Shown: piece by piece, positions 1 to 12,257 of the stretch
Layout of the letters: each line of letters starts with the position of its first letter
Numbering within the stretch: the first letter of the stretch is position 1
NCBI GenBank assembly: GCA_010093815.1
Contig: ML996584.1
Direction: 5' to 3' (one strand)
Length of the DNA stretch: 55,621 nucleotides
Source: Pseudovirgaria hyperparasitica
Taxonomy: Eukaryota
Notes under the pieces: model-generated
Told to the model about the DNA's origin: nothing
The model's input: the letters and a program-made list of their open reading frames with translations, nothing else
Database searches by the model: none
Position numbers and translations under genes: made by a program

Positions 1-624
1 TTCTTGTAATTCGCCCAATTAGTATGGCCATGACCCTTGCTAATGAGGCTGATCTACATTGCCATACAAGAATCACGATGAAAGGGGTGGGTATTTAAGC
101 CCAGTAGGTAACCAATGACGCCCGGTTCATGCTGAACGAGTGAAGATGTAATTACAGATGCTACTCTAATTTTTGGGTCGTCTATGTCGAAAAAAACCTC
201 TAGAACAGCGTTCTACGCCGTCAATGGACAATAATGTTTAAATTTTCATAACCGCTTTGCTGAGTACTTATTCCCAGGCCAAACCCAATCGAGCCAGTGC
301 AAACTGCCCTGTTCCTGTCTGGCATCCATGCATGCTTCTTCTCATTATTGTGGGGCCCAAACCTGGATTAGTCGAGTCTTCTGTTTACACACCATGCAAG
401 CACTCAGTCCCTCAGTCCGTCCGTCATTAATGATAATCATGAACTCCATGCAATGCCGATATGAACTATGAATGAGATGCCTGCATAGAGGTATGCATGT
501 CGCCGCCAGTGTCTGTCTCCAGGACAAATTTCTAATTTTCTGAGGTGTTTGGACATTGTCCATACTGCTACCAGCACAGATGGATGAATACGCAGCTAGC
601 CGTCGGTTCGTCTACTCGCCGCAC

Positions 625-1374
625 TTATCGTTGGGAATTCGCGATATGCTGAATTGTAGCTAATGAAGGGTCCTCGCCGAGCCATTTGCCCTGGGAAGAG
701 TCCTGCATTTGGAGGGTATTGATAACGTGTTCATCGGTAATCGCTGCTACTTCCTAGGCTGCATGTAAGCAGGTTGACTCGTTATTGCCCATTGATGCCT
801 GAAGGCTTTACTAACAGCTCTCAATTGATTGTCCACGGCTTGCAGCTGTGGAACATGTGTCACAGTGGGACGTCTGCCCTGAAGAATTGCATAGCGAGAG
901 TTCATCCAGCGCAAAGCGGCATGTACTCGAAGATATGCACGCTGGCATTGGAACCGGCGGACCGCAGCGTCGACAATGACCCTACGTATGTAAGCATAGG
1001 TTCCGACATCACCCAACTCGAAGAGCCCACTACTGAACATAAGAGTGACTCACGATCTGAGCTGCGATTTCTCTCGTTCAGAGTTTCCGGATGGATTAGA
1101 TACGGTCGCGTTGAATGGTCTATTGAGGACGGCCTCAGCCTCTGCAGCACAATGCCGTAAAAGTGTGTAGCCTTCGAGGTAGTATTCTTCGGCGATAGGA
1201 GAGACTTGGTTATGGGAAATATAGTATTGCAAGTTGCGAAAGTCAGACATAATCTCAGCAACCCGTATCGCGCGTGCATCGTTCACTAATTTTCAGATTT
1301 CCATTTAGCAGCTGTATTAAGGTATGGTGACAATGGTATTTGATGGGGAAGGTGCTCTTACGTCCGTCTGCCAT
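625..1374 (-). CDS. Conserved-looking fungal hypothetical protein (4 exons)
   Basis: ATG at 1374 (MADG), GT..AG intron 1361-1286, then LNDARAIRVAEIMSDFRNLQ (ORF 1050..1286), RVIVDAAVRRFQCQRAYLR (ORF 747..1040) and last exon EVAAITDEHV..GKWLGEDPSL..SQR* ending TAA at 625-627. No function recognised. Confidence 0.75.
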
Positions 1375-2793
1375 TAATTCAGTCCGAGAAAAGGAATGCG
1401 AAGCAACGATAATAGAAGTAGAGGAACCAACTCAAAGAATGGTGCTAGAAGAAATAGAACCAAAGGAATAGTGACAGAGGCATGCAGTAGAAAATACAGG
1501 CTAGAATGCTCCCATACACTCCGGAATCTATGTGGATCTAATATAGATGCCATGATGGCCGCCATGGGAGTCGAGACTATTAGTTCGCGTGTTGGATCTG
1601 GCTCCCAAGGATGCTCAGATTGTGTCCGACAACACTCCGTGGCGCGGATGCCTCGTTGGTGTGTGCCTTAGCCAGCTGGCAACAAACTCAGCGTTGCAAG
1701 GGGCATGAAAGCAGTCGCCACTACGCGGAAAAGTAAAGACGTATCGCAGGTAAGATGTGGGATATGTTGACAAGGGATCGACAGAGCTTGAGCTGTGGGC
1801 CACAGACAATTGACATGAAGAAGGACTTGGACACAAGCTGGAGGATAAGGTATGAGCTTCAACTAGAGGTCACGGGCAAGGCAGCAGAGGGGTGAGGTAC
1901 CGCGACGCTGTGTGCGATAGGTTTGTTCTATGTTGTGGAGCGAAATGACTTCAGCTTTAGAAACATCAGCCACAGGCTCGGCCTGGCAGCGCTAACGTCC
2001 TAATCCGGTTGAACACTCGGCTGCATCCGGTAAAGGTCCGCCTGCCGCGAACCAGATTGCATAGCCAGGGTCAGTCAGGGTCAGGGTCGGAGTCAGTTGT
2101 GCTCAGGAGACACGAAGAAGAAGAACACACATCTGTTGTTTTCCGTGTCAATTATGCACCTGAGATCCTTTCCTGCAGGCGCTCACGCACTGTCGGGATC
2201 CTCCATGGTGGTACCATTCGTCTTACCAGGTTACTGGTAGTTCCTCGTCTTGATTTTCGTCATAACATCAATGGTCACGGCAAATCAATGAATAATTGCC
2301 ACATATGCAGCCACCAGTAGGGCTGCGTGGTGTCGAGAGATCACCATTCGCTTCCTAGCCGTCCCAGGTCTCGCAGCGGCCATTGAGGATATTCCCTGCC
2401 GCTTGACGTTCGAGTGTACCTGCAGTGGCTTGAAATTCCCCGGCTGATGTTGACGATCGAGCATACTACCGCCACGCTTGTGTGGCTTGCGTGTAGCTGG
2501 CAAACACGGCCGCACGGATCGGACTGACCTACCTACAACGATTGAAGTGTTGGACATGTATCATGGTAGGGTACATTTGCTTGCCTATTTGACTCTATCA
2601 ACTGTATAACTGCATCACGCAAGTAACTACGGTCCGAGGAGTAGGTCCAGTAAACTGCGTATAGCACGGCAGACTTGTATAGTTGCATGCAGAGTCTGCA
2701 GCCATGGTACATCCAGGAATTTGCTCAGCTCTGATCATATTTCTTGAACGGCCTTTATTGTTTCCACAGCGTCTCAAGTCAGACCGTGTCGCT

Positions 2794-3758
2794 TCAGTCT
2801 TTATCTGCGATCGCTTGTAGACGATCGTCAATCTCTTCCTCAGTGAGGGCTCGGAAACCAGGTTCGGTGCCATCCTTCCCATCCGATCGTGGTCCTCCGA
2901 CGATACCAACCTCCAATTCGTTCTTCTTAAAGTCAACACTGAGCACAGTACTCAGGGTAGCGATGCCAAGTTCAACCACCTCTTTCCAGTCGCCCTCGGC
3001 TGAGTCCTTATTCTTTAACTTCTTCTCCAGGAAGTTGAGCGCCTCCTGGGTCTTTGGTCCTGATGCGGTAGCCTTGTAGCCAACGTAGTATCCAGCTGGA
3101 TCGCACTTGTAGAGCTGGGGGCCGTATTCCGAGTCTAGGGATATGAGTGTTGTAGAGACACCGTAAGGTCGGGCATATGCCTTGCATGAATCAGCCTAGG
3201 TTCAATGTACTGGGACGAGAACCTACACGCTGAGTGAAGACCTGAGAGATGTTCGCCAGCCTCTTCGCCAGGACATCACAAGGCATCTCATATCCAAATT
3301 TATAACGAAACTCTGCAGCCTCTCCTCTAGCCCGGTTTACCCAAGCCCGGGCATCTGCTATTGAACCAGTCATCACGCAGCCGACAGATGGCGACAGCCT
3401 GAAGATGTGAGTGACCGAAGATGGGTCGATCAACTTGTCCTAGGTAACACATGAGCTAGAAGCTTGAGATATGCTCCGCTCAACGTACTGGTACTTTCTT
3501 CTGTGACAGGACAACCGCACAGTCTTTGCCCCGTACTCCTACGGAAGTTATGTTCGCCGCTGTAATAGCTTTGAAGGCATATTCTGTTTGTTGAATTTAG
3601 CTACTAATAATTGTATCCAGTGTGAGCCACATACCGACTTGGTAAAGGCGCCCTTGGTCCGAAAAGATGGTGATGTGGCGGTCAAAACCCGCACTTCCTA
3701 CATCAGTTGTTAGCTATAAGCTCTGCTGGATTCGTTTGAAGGACGACCTGCCCGACAT
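2794..3758 (-). CDS. SCL1: 20S proteasome subunit alpha-1 (PSMA6/Scl1 type), multi-exon
   Basis: Spliced N-terminus [26 protein letters not shown] 3191..3433 ([52 protein letters not shown]); [22 protein letters not shown]-terminus in ORF 2794..2979. Confidence 0.95.
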
Positions 3759-4103
3759 ATTCGCGGTTTGATGCTGAGCTGAATATCTCTGAAGCTGAGT
3801 CTCAAGCTGCTGAATTCAATGATACGGTCGGCGTGATATGAACACTTGAGACTTGCTTCGTTGATTTAGAGAAGAGTGATAGAGCTTCTACACGTTCCTG
3901 GCAGCCTGTGGTTGACCTAGCTGAGCCAGTTGGTCCGTGCACTGGTCAATGACCGTCCGGGACGTCGGTTAAACTCTGGTGACGAGAATTCCGCTCTCAC
4001 TAACGAGCACCAGACAATACTCCGATTGTTGCATCCATCATTATCGTGCATCGTTGGACATCTGAAGCGCTCTGGCTTAATCATCACATATAGAATTCCA
4101 ATC

Positions 4104-5810
4104 ATGGCGCTCAACTCTACGACAGCCATCAGCGTTGCCGCACATGTTCCAGCATGGAAGCGTCTAGGACTGAGATTGAAATGCCAAAGTGATGGCACGG
4201 GAGAGGCCAGAACATGCCCATTGGCAACCTCTATACCTCTAGATATCGGTATACAGTCCGCGAGCACCAGCGAAGAAGTCCTTCGCCCCAAACCGCAGCA
4301 ATCAACCGAAAAGAGGAAACGTGACGGCGACATATCCACAGGTGAATCCTCAACCAAGAAGAAACGACATAGCGATCCACGTGAGTTACGGAAAACCGAA
4401 CGTATCAAGGACCTTGCCAGGGAGAAGACAAACACACCCTTAACAATATCGACTGAGGCACACGACAATGAAGATCTTAAATTCAACACTAGCGTGAAAA
4501 CAAAGCGCTCATCCCTATCAAGCTCCATCAGGCATCAAGTCTCAAAAGCAGCAGACGCTCGATCAAGCTCACCGCGGAAAACCGTCTCATTCTCTGCAGA
4601 CACAAAGACGGATGACGGGAGCAGTGCTCAGGACCTTTTCCGCACGTGGTCTGACTCCCAACAGCAAGGCGAATACGGCTTGACACCAGAAGAAATCGCC
4701 GAGTACCTCGAACCTGGGTCGCTACCAGCAAAAGCCAAGTCAGATTCACCAGAGGTAGTTCAAGATCGAATCAAGCAGAAGAAAATCAAGAAGGCGTCTC
4801 GTCACCTCGAGAAGTCCTCGATCGAATCTGAGCCCTTTCTAAAATATCTCCACACCTACGCCACCGACCGTAGGAATTGGAAGTTCAACAAAACTCATCA
4901 GACGACGCTCCTGAAACACGCATTCAACATCTTCCGCATTCCAGACGACATGGAAGCCGATATTCTCGCTTACCTTGCAGGCTTACAAGGTGACGCGGCC
5001 AAGTCCCGTCTGCGCGGCACAGCCCAAGAGATCATCGCTTCATCCGCAGCAATCCAAGATGCAGGTACCATGTCTGAGTCTGTAGTTCGCGATTCAGCCC
5101 ACGACAACGCCCTTGCTGAGCGCTTAATCCATGAGAAAAAGCGTAGGCGCGCAGAAAAGATTCTCTTCACTATTGGCCCCGAACCTACCAATCCTTCCAG
5201 CGGTTCAGCGCTCCCGATACAGAAGCACAATAGTGCAAGTACAGCTGTCCCCAAGGGCACCCTTTTGAAATTTGATGATGAACCTTTACCTCCTGTTCAA
5301 CCGCGCAGTAGACGTAAAAAACGACGGACAGACGTATCATCTTCATCAGAGTCGTCAAGTGACACATCGTCTGATAGCGATGGAAGTGACGTGTCAATGC
5401 CCTCAAGAATTGGTGATGCACCAAAAAGGACCCCAGCAATCGCTAAACCCCGCGTTCCAGTCTCCTCTCCCCTTGTCCCTGGAGAAGCTGCGTCTGCCCT
5501 GTCATCCTCCGATTCAAGCAGTGACTCTGATACAGACTCAGAGAGTGATGACGAGGGACACGCAGCTAAAAAATCAAAATCGCAGTCGCATATTTCAGAA
5601 GATATCAGAATGCAGCTGTTTGGTTCAGCTCCGTTTGTCAACGAGGGAATGAAGGCTACATCGACAAATAGATTTTCAAGTCCCGGAGCTGCATCCACGT
5701 CAGGAGAGGATAGTGGCGAGGAACATAGCTCTGATTCTGGGTCTGACTCAGAAGATTCTCATGTATCGGAAGACGATCTGAGCTCAGACGAGTCTTCGGA
5801 GAGTGAATGA
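4104..5810 (+). CDS. WKF-domain (DUF2373 / C7orf50-like) putative nucleolar protein
   Basis: ORF 3930..5810, first ATG at 4104. HVPAWKRLGLRLK N-terminal motif, YLHTYATDRRNWKFNKTHQTTLLKHAF..YLAGLQG core, basic NLS-like and Ser/Asp-rich tracts. Divergent from the proteasome gene. Confidence 0.75.
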   Translation: MALNSTTAISVAAHVPAWKRLGLRLKCQSDGTGEARTCPLATSIPLDIGIQSASTSEEVLRPKPQQSTEKRKRDGDISTGESSTKKKRHSDPRELRKTERIKDLAREKTNTPLTISTEAHDNEDLKFNTSVKTKRSSLSSSIRHQVSKAADARSSSPRKTVSFSADTKTDDGSSAQDLFRTWSDSQQQGEYGLTPEEIAEYLEPGSLPAKAKSDSPEVVQDRIKQKKIKKASRHLEKSSIESEPFLKYLHTYATDRRNWKFNKTHQTTLLKHAFNIFRIPDDMEADILAYLAGLQGDAAKSRLRGTAQEIIASSAAIQDAGTMSESVVRDSAHDNALAERLIHEKKRRRAEKILFTIGPEPTNPSSGSALPIQKHNSASTAVPKGTLLKFDDEPLPPVQPRSRRKKRRTDVSSSSESSSDTSSDSDGSDVSMPSRIGDAPKRTPAIAKPRVPVSSPLVPGEAASALSSSDSSSDSDTDSESDDEGHAAKKSKSQSHISEDIRMQLFGSAPFVNEGMKATSTNRFSSPGAASTSGEDSGEEHSSDSGSDSEDSHVSEDDLSSDESSESE

Positions 5811-7600
5811 TTATAGTGAACGAGTGTACATACGGGACCAGGCGCGGTGCAATGACTGTTGGCCCTTGGGCATAGTGTACCCGGTCGGATGCTTAGCAGG
5901 CGGTCGATACTGCACTGTCTGTATCTAGGGTAACCATAATCTAGACATTTTAACAAGCCTCACGAACACTTCAATAATTCGAACTTGTCTGATGGGTTCC
6001 TAATCTAACCATGATCGAGTATCGATTCTTTCGTCAATCCTCTAATGTACATGACACAGAGTATATAAGCCGCTACAATTCTGAACGCATCTTATCCAAC
6101 GTTCTACTCGGGGTATCCAAGTGTAGGTTTGCGGCCTGCTGAAGCCGCACTATCAGATATCTATGCACTTGGTCTAGTCGCAACAACACTACATAGCCAT
6201 GTCACCAGAAACTATATTCCCGATAGAGGCGTCGTCACAACATAACTTCTTCTACATGCAGCCTGAAACAATTTCGCCCGAATTCTTCGCCCCAAGAATA
6301 GAATTGTCGAATGTGTCTAAGACAATGACATGGTTGGTCAGCCTCTGGCCGAGGTAGATATATACGTGCTGCAGATTAGGCCTGAACTTGCCTCCAGATA
6401 GACGCAAGGCCACACTGGCTACCACTCTTTTTTCAATATGTGCCCACCGAGCGTCTGTATGAATATTCGACAGAAAATATATATGACTTATCGTTCATCA
6501 GCACTTATCATAGTGACCAGATATACATCCAGGATTCTAGAGTATGCTCACCAACTCATTTATGTAGCGTACAAACACGCCTGTGACCTGACTGTATTCG
6601 TCGTTTGATAATCTGCCTTGAGTCTTGTATAAGCAGAACCAGGGGCTCACAAGGGAAGTCAGTACGGTCAAGATATAATATTATACTCTACTAGCTTTTA
6701 GGACAAACTGGATTAAAGCACTTCCATCGAAGGGCGTAGACAGTGTCTTGGATGCTAATATTGTAGGGTAATCGTTCTTTTGATGAACTGATGTTAACAG
6801 GATTCCAATTAGGTGGGCTTGTCTACTCGGGTCTGTCCCAAGTCTTCGTCGCAGTCGGTAAATTGACGACCAGTAGCAATATGTGAAGTCGATATCTGCA
6901 GACGGAGCATCTCCCAAGTAACGAAAATTGTAGTGAATTCATCCAATTTTGAGCCGCTACACCAGTCTCAATTCCAAGTTAAAAGTCTAAATCTAAATGA
7001 CAGACTCTCCGAATTTGCTTCTCCCTATTTCGACAAAATTGTCGAGCTGGCGCGCTCAAACGGTTCAATGACTCTCAATTTTAGACCTATGAACGTTATA
7101 AACAGGCTTCTCTTCGAAGCCTCTCAACTTTCTCTTACCATGACCACGTCCACACTGTAGAACTTCGAGACTCTCAAATTGACTCATGGATTCCACATGT
7201 ACATGAACGTTAGGCATGTGCAGCTTCAAGTATTGTACCACTAGTGTTTACGCGACAATTCCATAATCGCTCATTTTGAGACTATTGGTATAGCGCATTT
7301 GTTCGCAAGAACATGTGCATCATAGGTTCTATAGAATCCGCCATGCTCATAAGGAAGTTGCATAACTGACCTCAACCCCATGAGCCTAATGCAACGTGGA
7401 AATATCAATTCATAAAAATCCATTAGTCTATTAGTACAGCCAAGCCACGTTACACGGTATTAAAACTCCACAGACTATAGTGCCCAGAGTTCAGAAAGCG
7501 AAAGAACTCCCAACATACTCCGGTATGCAATACAAAGCGAATAGGGCCTCAGAACACTATTTCCAACATTGGATGCCGACTCTTCATCTACAAGCCCTCC

Positions 7601-8802
7601 TCATAGCATAGATATCGCCAGTACAAGAGCCCCGACCATGGCGGCAATACTAGCCCCTTTCGTACTTGCGGTACCTAGGAACACTGGCGGCGTAGGCGTC
7701 GGGCTCTCAACCGACAAACCAGTTACACTCGGTATAGCAGGTGGCACTACTTGTGTTGGCGTAGGCGGACCAGAAGATGGCAGTACAGAAGAGGGCACGA
7801 CAACAGAGACCTCAGGCGCAGATGAAGCTACAGTTGGCGGAGCTGGGGGAGCAGGGTGCACATAAGGTGTCTCTGTAGGCCAGGGTGCTGGTGTGTATGA
7901 GGAAGGCCAGATAGGAGCGTACGTCGGCTTTGGCCACGCCAGTGTCGAGGGCCAGTCCTTGGGTGCTTGAGGCCAGGGACTACCGGATGGGACGGGCCAT
8001 GGCATAGTAGATGGCCAGCTCTCGGGACGTTCAATATTTGCAGATTCCATGGGTGGGGAAAGAGGAGTGTTTGTTGTCTCAGAGGGTGGTATGGAAGCAG
8101 CAGATGATTCCTGTGCTGATGGCGTTGAAGCTGGAGCTGGAGCTGGAGCTGGAGCTGGAGCTGGGCTGTCTCCGCCACAATTCGTCTCACCGCCGAGCTC
8201 GACTTTGAAGGCTACACCTGCTTTGGCATCACCTAGACCTTGCTGTTTCCCGAAATCAACAACGTCGATCTCCTGACCGGAGACTGCAGCAGCTGGATTG
8301 AGCCCGCGGGGTGGCTGGCGCCACATCACGAAGGTATAGGTGCGCGAACCCCTTTCCTGGAATGAACCCGGCCCGGCATATTTGACGAGTGGAGACTCAT
8401 CGGATGCAAGCTTAGTCTTCTCGTTTGTCGCAGCGAAATTCGTCTTGTAGTAGTGCAAGATCCGCTTATCACAGGTCGTGTCGACCATGGCGATGGCATA
8501 CTGGACTTGGGTGTTGATGCCGGACGAATCGCCTAAGGCGAAGGTAGGAACAGTTTGAGTCTCTGTAATCCATTATATGAGTAAAGCTTTGATTCAAGGA
8601 CTTGAAAGGCGAACGTACGACCTGCATCGATCGTGGTACCACTCGCAAAGCCCTCGGACGCATCGCCACCGAAACTTGCCTGAATCTCGATAGCATCAGT
8701 GTTGAACGTGCCTATCAAGTCCACAGGGACACCCTCCTGCGCGGAAACCATAAAAACATGGGATGCGAGCACGAACACGCCTGTAAGCCGTCCAATAAAC
8801 AT
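7601..8802 (-). CDS. Secreted, probably GPI-anchored PEBP-like cell-surface protein (2 exons)
   Basis: Signal peptide MFIGRLTGVFVLASHVFMVSA; one intron joins ORF 8533..8802 to ORF 7601..8488. PEBP-like YAIAMVD..LHY..YAGPG..TYTFVMWRQP, Pro/Ser/Thr stalk, hydrophobic C-terminus ASIAAMVGALVLAISML. Confidence 0.7.
8130..8165. repeat. (GCTGGA)n coding hexamer repeat encoding a (PA)n linker
   Basis: gctggagctggagctggagctggagctggagctggg read directly; lies in the PEBP-like CDS. Confidence 0.9.
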
Positions 8803-9650
8803 GGTGGGAATAGTCCTGACTATATTCGAGATGGGAGGAGAAGATGACGATCGAGAGGCTGAGGAAAATTTCTAAAGAAACTGCAGGCCTATTAAATACT
8901 TCAACCAGCGAAAGTATATGAAAAATGTAACCCGGAAGATAAAACAGCGAAAGGGAAAAGTTGAGTAATTTGCTGTGCTACACTATCGTGACCAACAGTC
9001 CCATCTTATACTGTTCAGCCTTGTCCATCCACTCGCCCACACCTGCCTGTCCCTAGATAATCATGTCAAGTCTGAAGGTAGTAGATCAGACTGGGGAGAC
9101 TCACTCAGGTGCAAACACCGTTGGTGGCATGTTGTTCTCAGTGTCCGACTCACCTCGTCTCAGCCCGACGTCCGGGATGGCGGTCAGCGTAGGGATCGAA
9201 GGACCGCCAAGAAAGCGGCGAGTGATCGCGATTCCACCGTTTAGCTCTGCATAGACTTGGGATCGAGGACTATGTGATGCAGGTGGTGGCCTTGGGCGTT
9301 TGCGTTACTTTGCGCGTTGCAGGTTGGTATTGGGGGCGCGGCGGGTGCCAAGGTGTCTGACAATGGCCAAGTGTTATTTATGACTATCATTCTGCGACAA
9401 TATGTAAACATGAATGTCACATGTCCCTAGCTTCACAATAGAATAACGGCGTTGTCAAAGCTACAGATGTCCTCAACACGGTTATTCAAGCGCATTATGC
9501 TAGATCAAAAGTGGTACATCATCGTCAGAAAAAGCGTCATACACGACACAGACACAGCAGTGTACCTTTGTGCCATCGAGTAGTGGAACGATTCGCCCTG
9601 CAATACCCAGAGGTAGTGACAGCGTCACATCACCGCTTCGCTGCACTGCG

Positions 9651-11462
9651 TTACTTGGCCAAACTCAAGCTCTGCTTCTCTTTCGCATCCAGCCTGAAGG
9701 CCTTCTCCGGATCCTGTAGGAATTTTTTGCACCAGCTGGTCCACTCCTTCGCGCCTTTCTTCATAGTCTCTTCTAAGTCTAGATGCGCTTCCTTGATCTC
9801 CCATTCCACGTCTTGCGGACTGACACTTCCATCCAAGACCACAGATGGTTTCCAATGTATTGCGCTCAGAACTTCCGCTTCGCTCGGTATCACTATGCCT
9901 GGATAGGGGTAGTTGGTACGGTCTATGCGGAAGCATCGCTCCTCCATGTACTTGCGTGCAGGTTCCAGTGCCGGAGAAGCCTTTATAGTGATCTTGAGAT
10001 GCTGTTTAGTACTATCATCCGCGCTAAAGCGGTTTGTTAACGCTTTTGCCGTCCTGGCACTGCGAATAGACTTATAAGCCCAAACAGAGTCAAGTGCCAA
10101 CATAGCGCCCATAGTCCCTGCCCCAAAATCCGCAGCAGCAGCAAATGGAAGCAGAGATGTGGCAATTGCGGCGTCACGCTGAGCACGCGAGCGTGCTTTC
10201 ATCATAGCGCCAACGAAGGTCTTGCGGATGTCCTCCTTGGACGACTGGCACGAATCCGGGTAAACGATGATAAGTTCCTCCATTGACTGCGCAGCAGAGT
10301 GTTCCGCCGACACAGACAGGTCTTCTCTTTCTTTACCCCCGGGCATGGGTAGTCGGGCCAAGAAGTCCACGTCAGAGCCAGTCGTGCGTTTGGATAGGTC
10401 GTCGAAGCCGAGTCTCGTCTTCGCTCTGAAGCTCTGCCAAGCGGAGCCTGTTGTATTCTTCTCCTTTTGTTCTTTGAGCAGGCGTCTATCCTCGGAAGAA
10501 TGCCGCTGTCGACGACGTTCCGCAGATTCCTTAGCTCTATCCGCTGGCTTCTGTAAAAACGATGGCATAGGTGTATAAATTAGAAATCTTTCCGGTGGTT
10601 TTGGGCAAGCTATATCGTCATTCTTCGGACTCGGGTATGGGATCAGGTAGGCAAAGTATCGCTTTGAATCTCTAGAGAACAGGGGGGCATCTAAACTGTC
10701 CACAGCCATAGTGGGAGTCAAGCTGCTGACAGTACTATCTGTAGGAGTAACAAAGTTGTGCTGGGGTCTAATATTGTTGAGTCCCTGGATTTGCTCATAG
10801 CCAGCGTGTTCAATGGGCTCGTAACCTGCTTCCTGCGCTTTTGTGGGTGGTGCTGCCGGTGGCGGAAATGTTGTAACTTGCCCTCGCTGCTGAGGAAGCA
10901 GCCTTGCAGGAAAACTAGCTGGTGTGGATGATGCGTACAGAGACGCTGTGCCTGTAGGTATTGACGGGATGGTAGATGCTTCGGAAGGAGGCGTAGCATA
11001 AAGGTCTGTTGTCGTAGTAGTACCAGTGGCATTTGAAGTTGCAACACCATAGTGCAGAGATAGATTATCAGAGGGTAATATTGGGGTCTCGGTTACTTCA
11101 TCAATGTTAACGTTGGTGTGGGCATTTCTCGCCTCGAGTTCCACATATGGTGGAGGAGCTTCGTCGTGCCGAACCGCGGAAAATGATTCATGATCCAACT
11201 GAGGCTCATGGTGAGGTGCTACGCCATATTGTGAGAATGATATGGCGGATGCATTAGGCTGGCTATAGATAGACAGCGGATATTGCGAAGCAGATGGTCC
11301 ACTGCCCAGGTTCGAGCGGGATAAAGCGCTGGATGGACTCAAGGCACCCTCAGTCTCGGCAAACTCGTCTTCATCCATGCCACCACGACCCCGTAGTGTC
11401 CCTTGGCGATATATGTGTGGCAACGAGGTTTGTACCGGGTCCGAGAAGTCAAAGGACGTCAT
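9651..11462 (-). CDS. Hypothetical protein, 603 aa; disordered N-half with PPPY motif, conserved-looking C-terminal domain with a hydrophobic hairpin
   Basis: Long intronless ORF; YFAYLIPYPSP..PERFLIYTP and AQRDAAIATSLLPFAAAADF segments look like a fungal family, but no function recognised. Confidence 0.7.
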   Translation of the reverse strand: MTSFDFSDPVQTSLPHIYRQGTLRGRGGMDEDEFAETEGALSPSSALSRSNLGSGPSASQYPLSIYSQPNASAISFSQYGVAPHHEPQLDHESFSAVRHDEAPPPYVELEARNAHTNVNIDEVTETPILPSDNLSLHYGVATSNATGTTTTTDLYATPPSEASTIPSIPTGTASLYASSTPASFPARLLPQQRGQVTTFPPPAAPPTKAQEAGYEPIEHAGYEQIQGLNNIRPQHNFVTPTDSTVSSLTPTMAVDSLDAPLFSRDSKRYFAYLIPYPSPKNDDIACPKPPERFLIYTPMPSFLQKPADRAKESAERRRQRHSSEDRRLLKEQKEKNTTGSAWQSFRAKTRLGFDDLSKRTTGSDVDFLARLPMPGGKEREDLSVSAEHSAAQSMEELIIVYPDSCQSSKEDIRKTFVGAMMKARSRAQRDAAIATSLLPFAAAADFGAGTMGAMLALDSVWAYKSIRSARTAKALTNRFSADDSTKQHLKITIKASPALEPARKYMEERCFRIDRTNYPYPGIVIPSEAEVLSAIHWKPSVVLDGSVSPQDVEWEIKEAHLDLEETMKKGAKEWTSWCKKFLQDPEKAFRLDAKEKQSLSLAK

Positions 11463-12257
11463 CTCGACGCATGTTATCCTCCGAACGGTGGATATACGAG
11501 GTGTGTATACAACTTGAAGAATGAAATCCAGATGAAGTTAAGTCAAGACGGCGATATTCCTTCACCAAGGCCGTGTCAACAGTTAATATCCAAGGGGGCT
11601 ATGCCTGCAACTCGCGAATATTCGCATATGAATCAGCGAGCCACACGCTGATAATAGTGAGATGAGAATGAGAATTACATGAGACGCAAGGAGGATGATC
11701 CAGTGCCTGGCACGATGCCGGGTACCAGGAGTAGTAATACGGGCGATACGACATCGCTTAGCGTGGCTGAGTCGCGCATCCTGGTTAGAATGGCACTTGT
11801 GAAGTACGACTATACGACATAAACTGTGCACTGTACTATATACTATGTCGAACAGGACCGAGGTTATTGGACTCAGGAGACATGGAATGTTCTTGGTGGT
11901 CTAAAGAGAAGTACGGTAGGCATTCAAATTTTCCCGATTACGGATGGTAGGTTGGGCGGAGTCACGTGAGAATTCTTAATATAGAATCTCTGACACTACC
12001 ATATGGGGTCGCATACCAAATGGAAGTACGCGAGCGAACAACGATATATCCAGCTGGCCTTTTCTCACCATAGCTTCACAAGAGCGAGACAGCTCTTGAA
12101 CTACGACGATGAAAGCGTATCTCGTCGCGTTGACCAAGTCGAATGACAGTCTATGCTCGTTAGTGAGTCGTATACAAGATTTAGAAGCGTCTGGTCCATT
12201 CTATGTCATCGCTGGACTATAGTAGTTAATAGCCCCCTAAATTGATATAAGACTTCT

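Noticed and set aside
3759..4103. Rpn4/PACE site (GGTGGCAAA) expected in the proteasome promoter
   Set aside because: No match seen on either strand in this intergenic region.
5811..7600. Short ORFs (6681..6917, 6933..7160) and possible RNA genes in a 1.8-kb intergenic gap
   Set aside because: No recognisable motifs, splice structure or tRNA/rRNA features.
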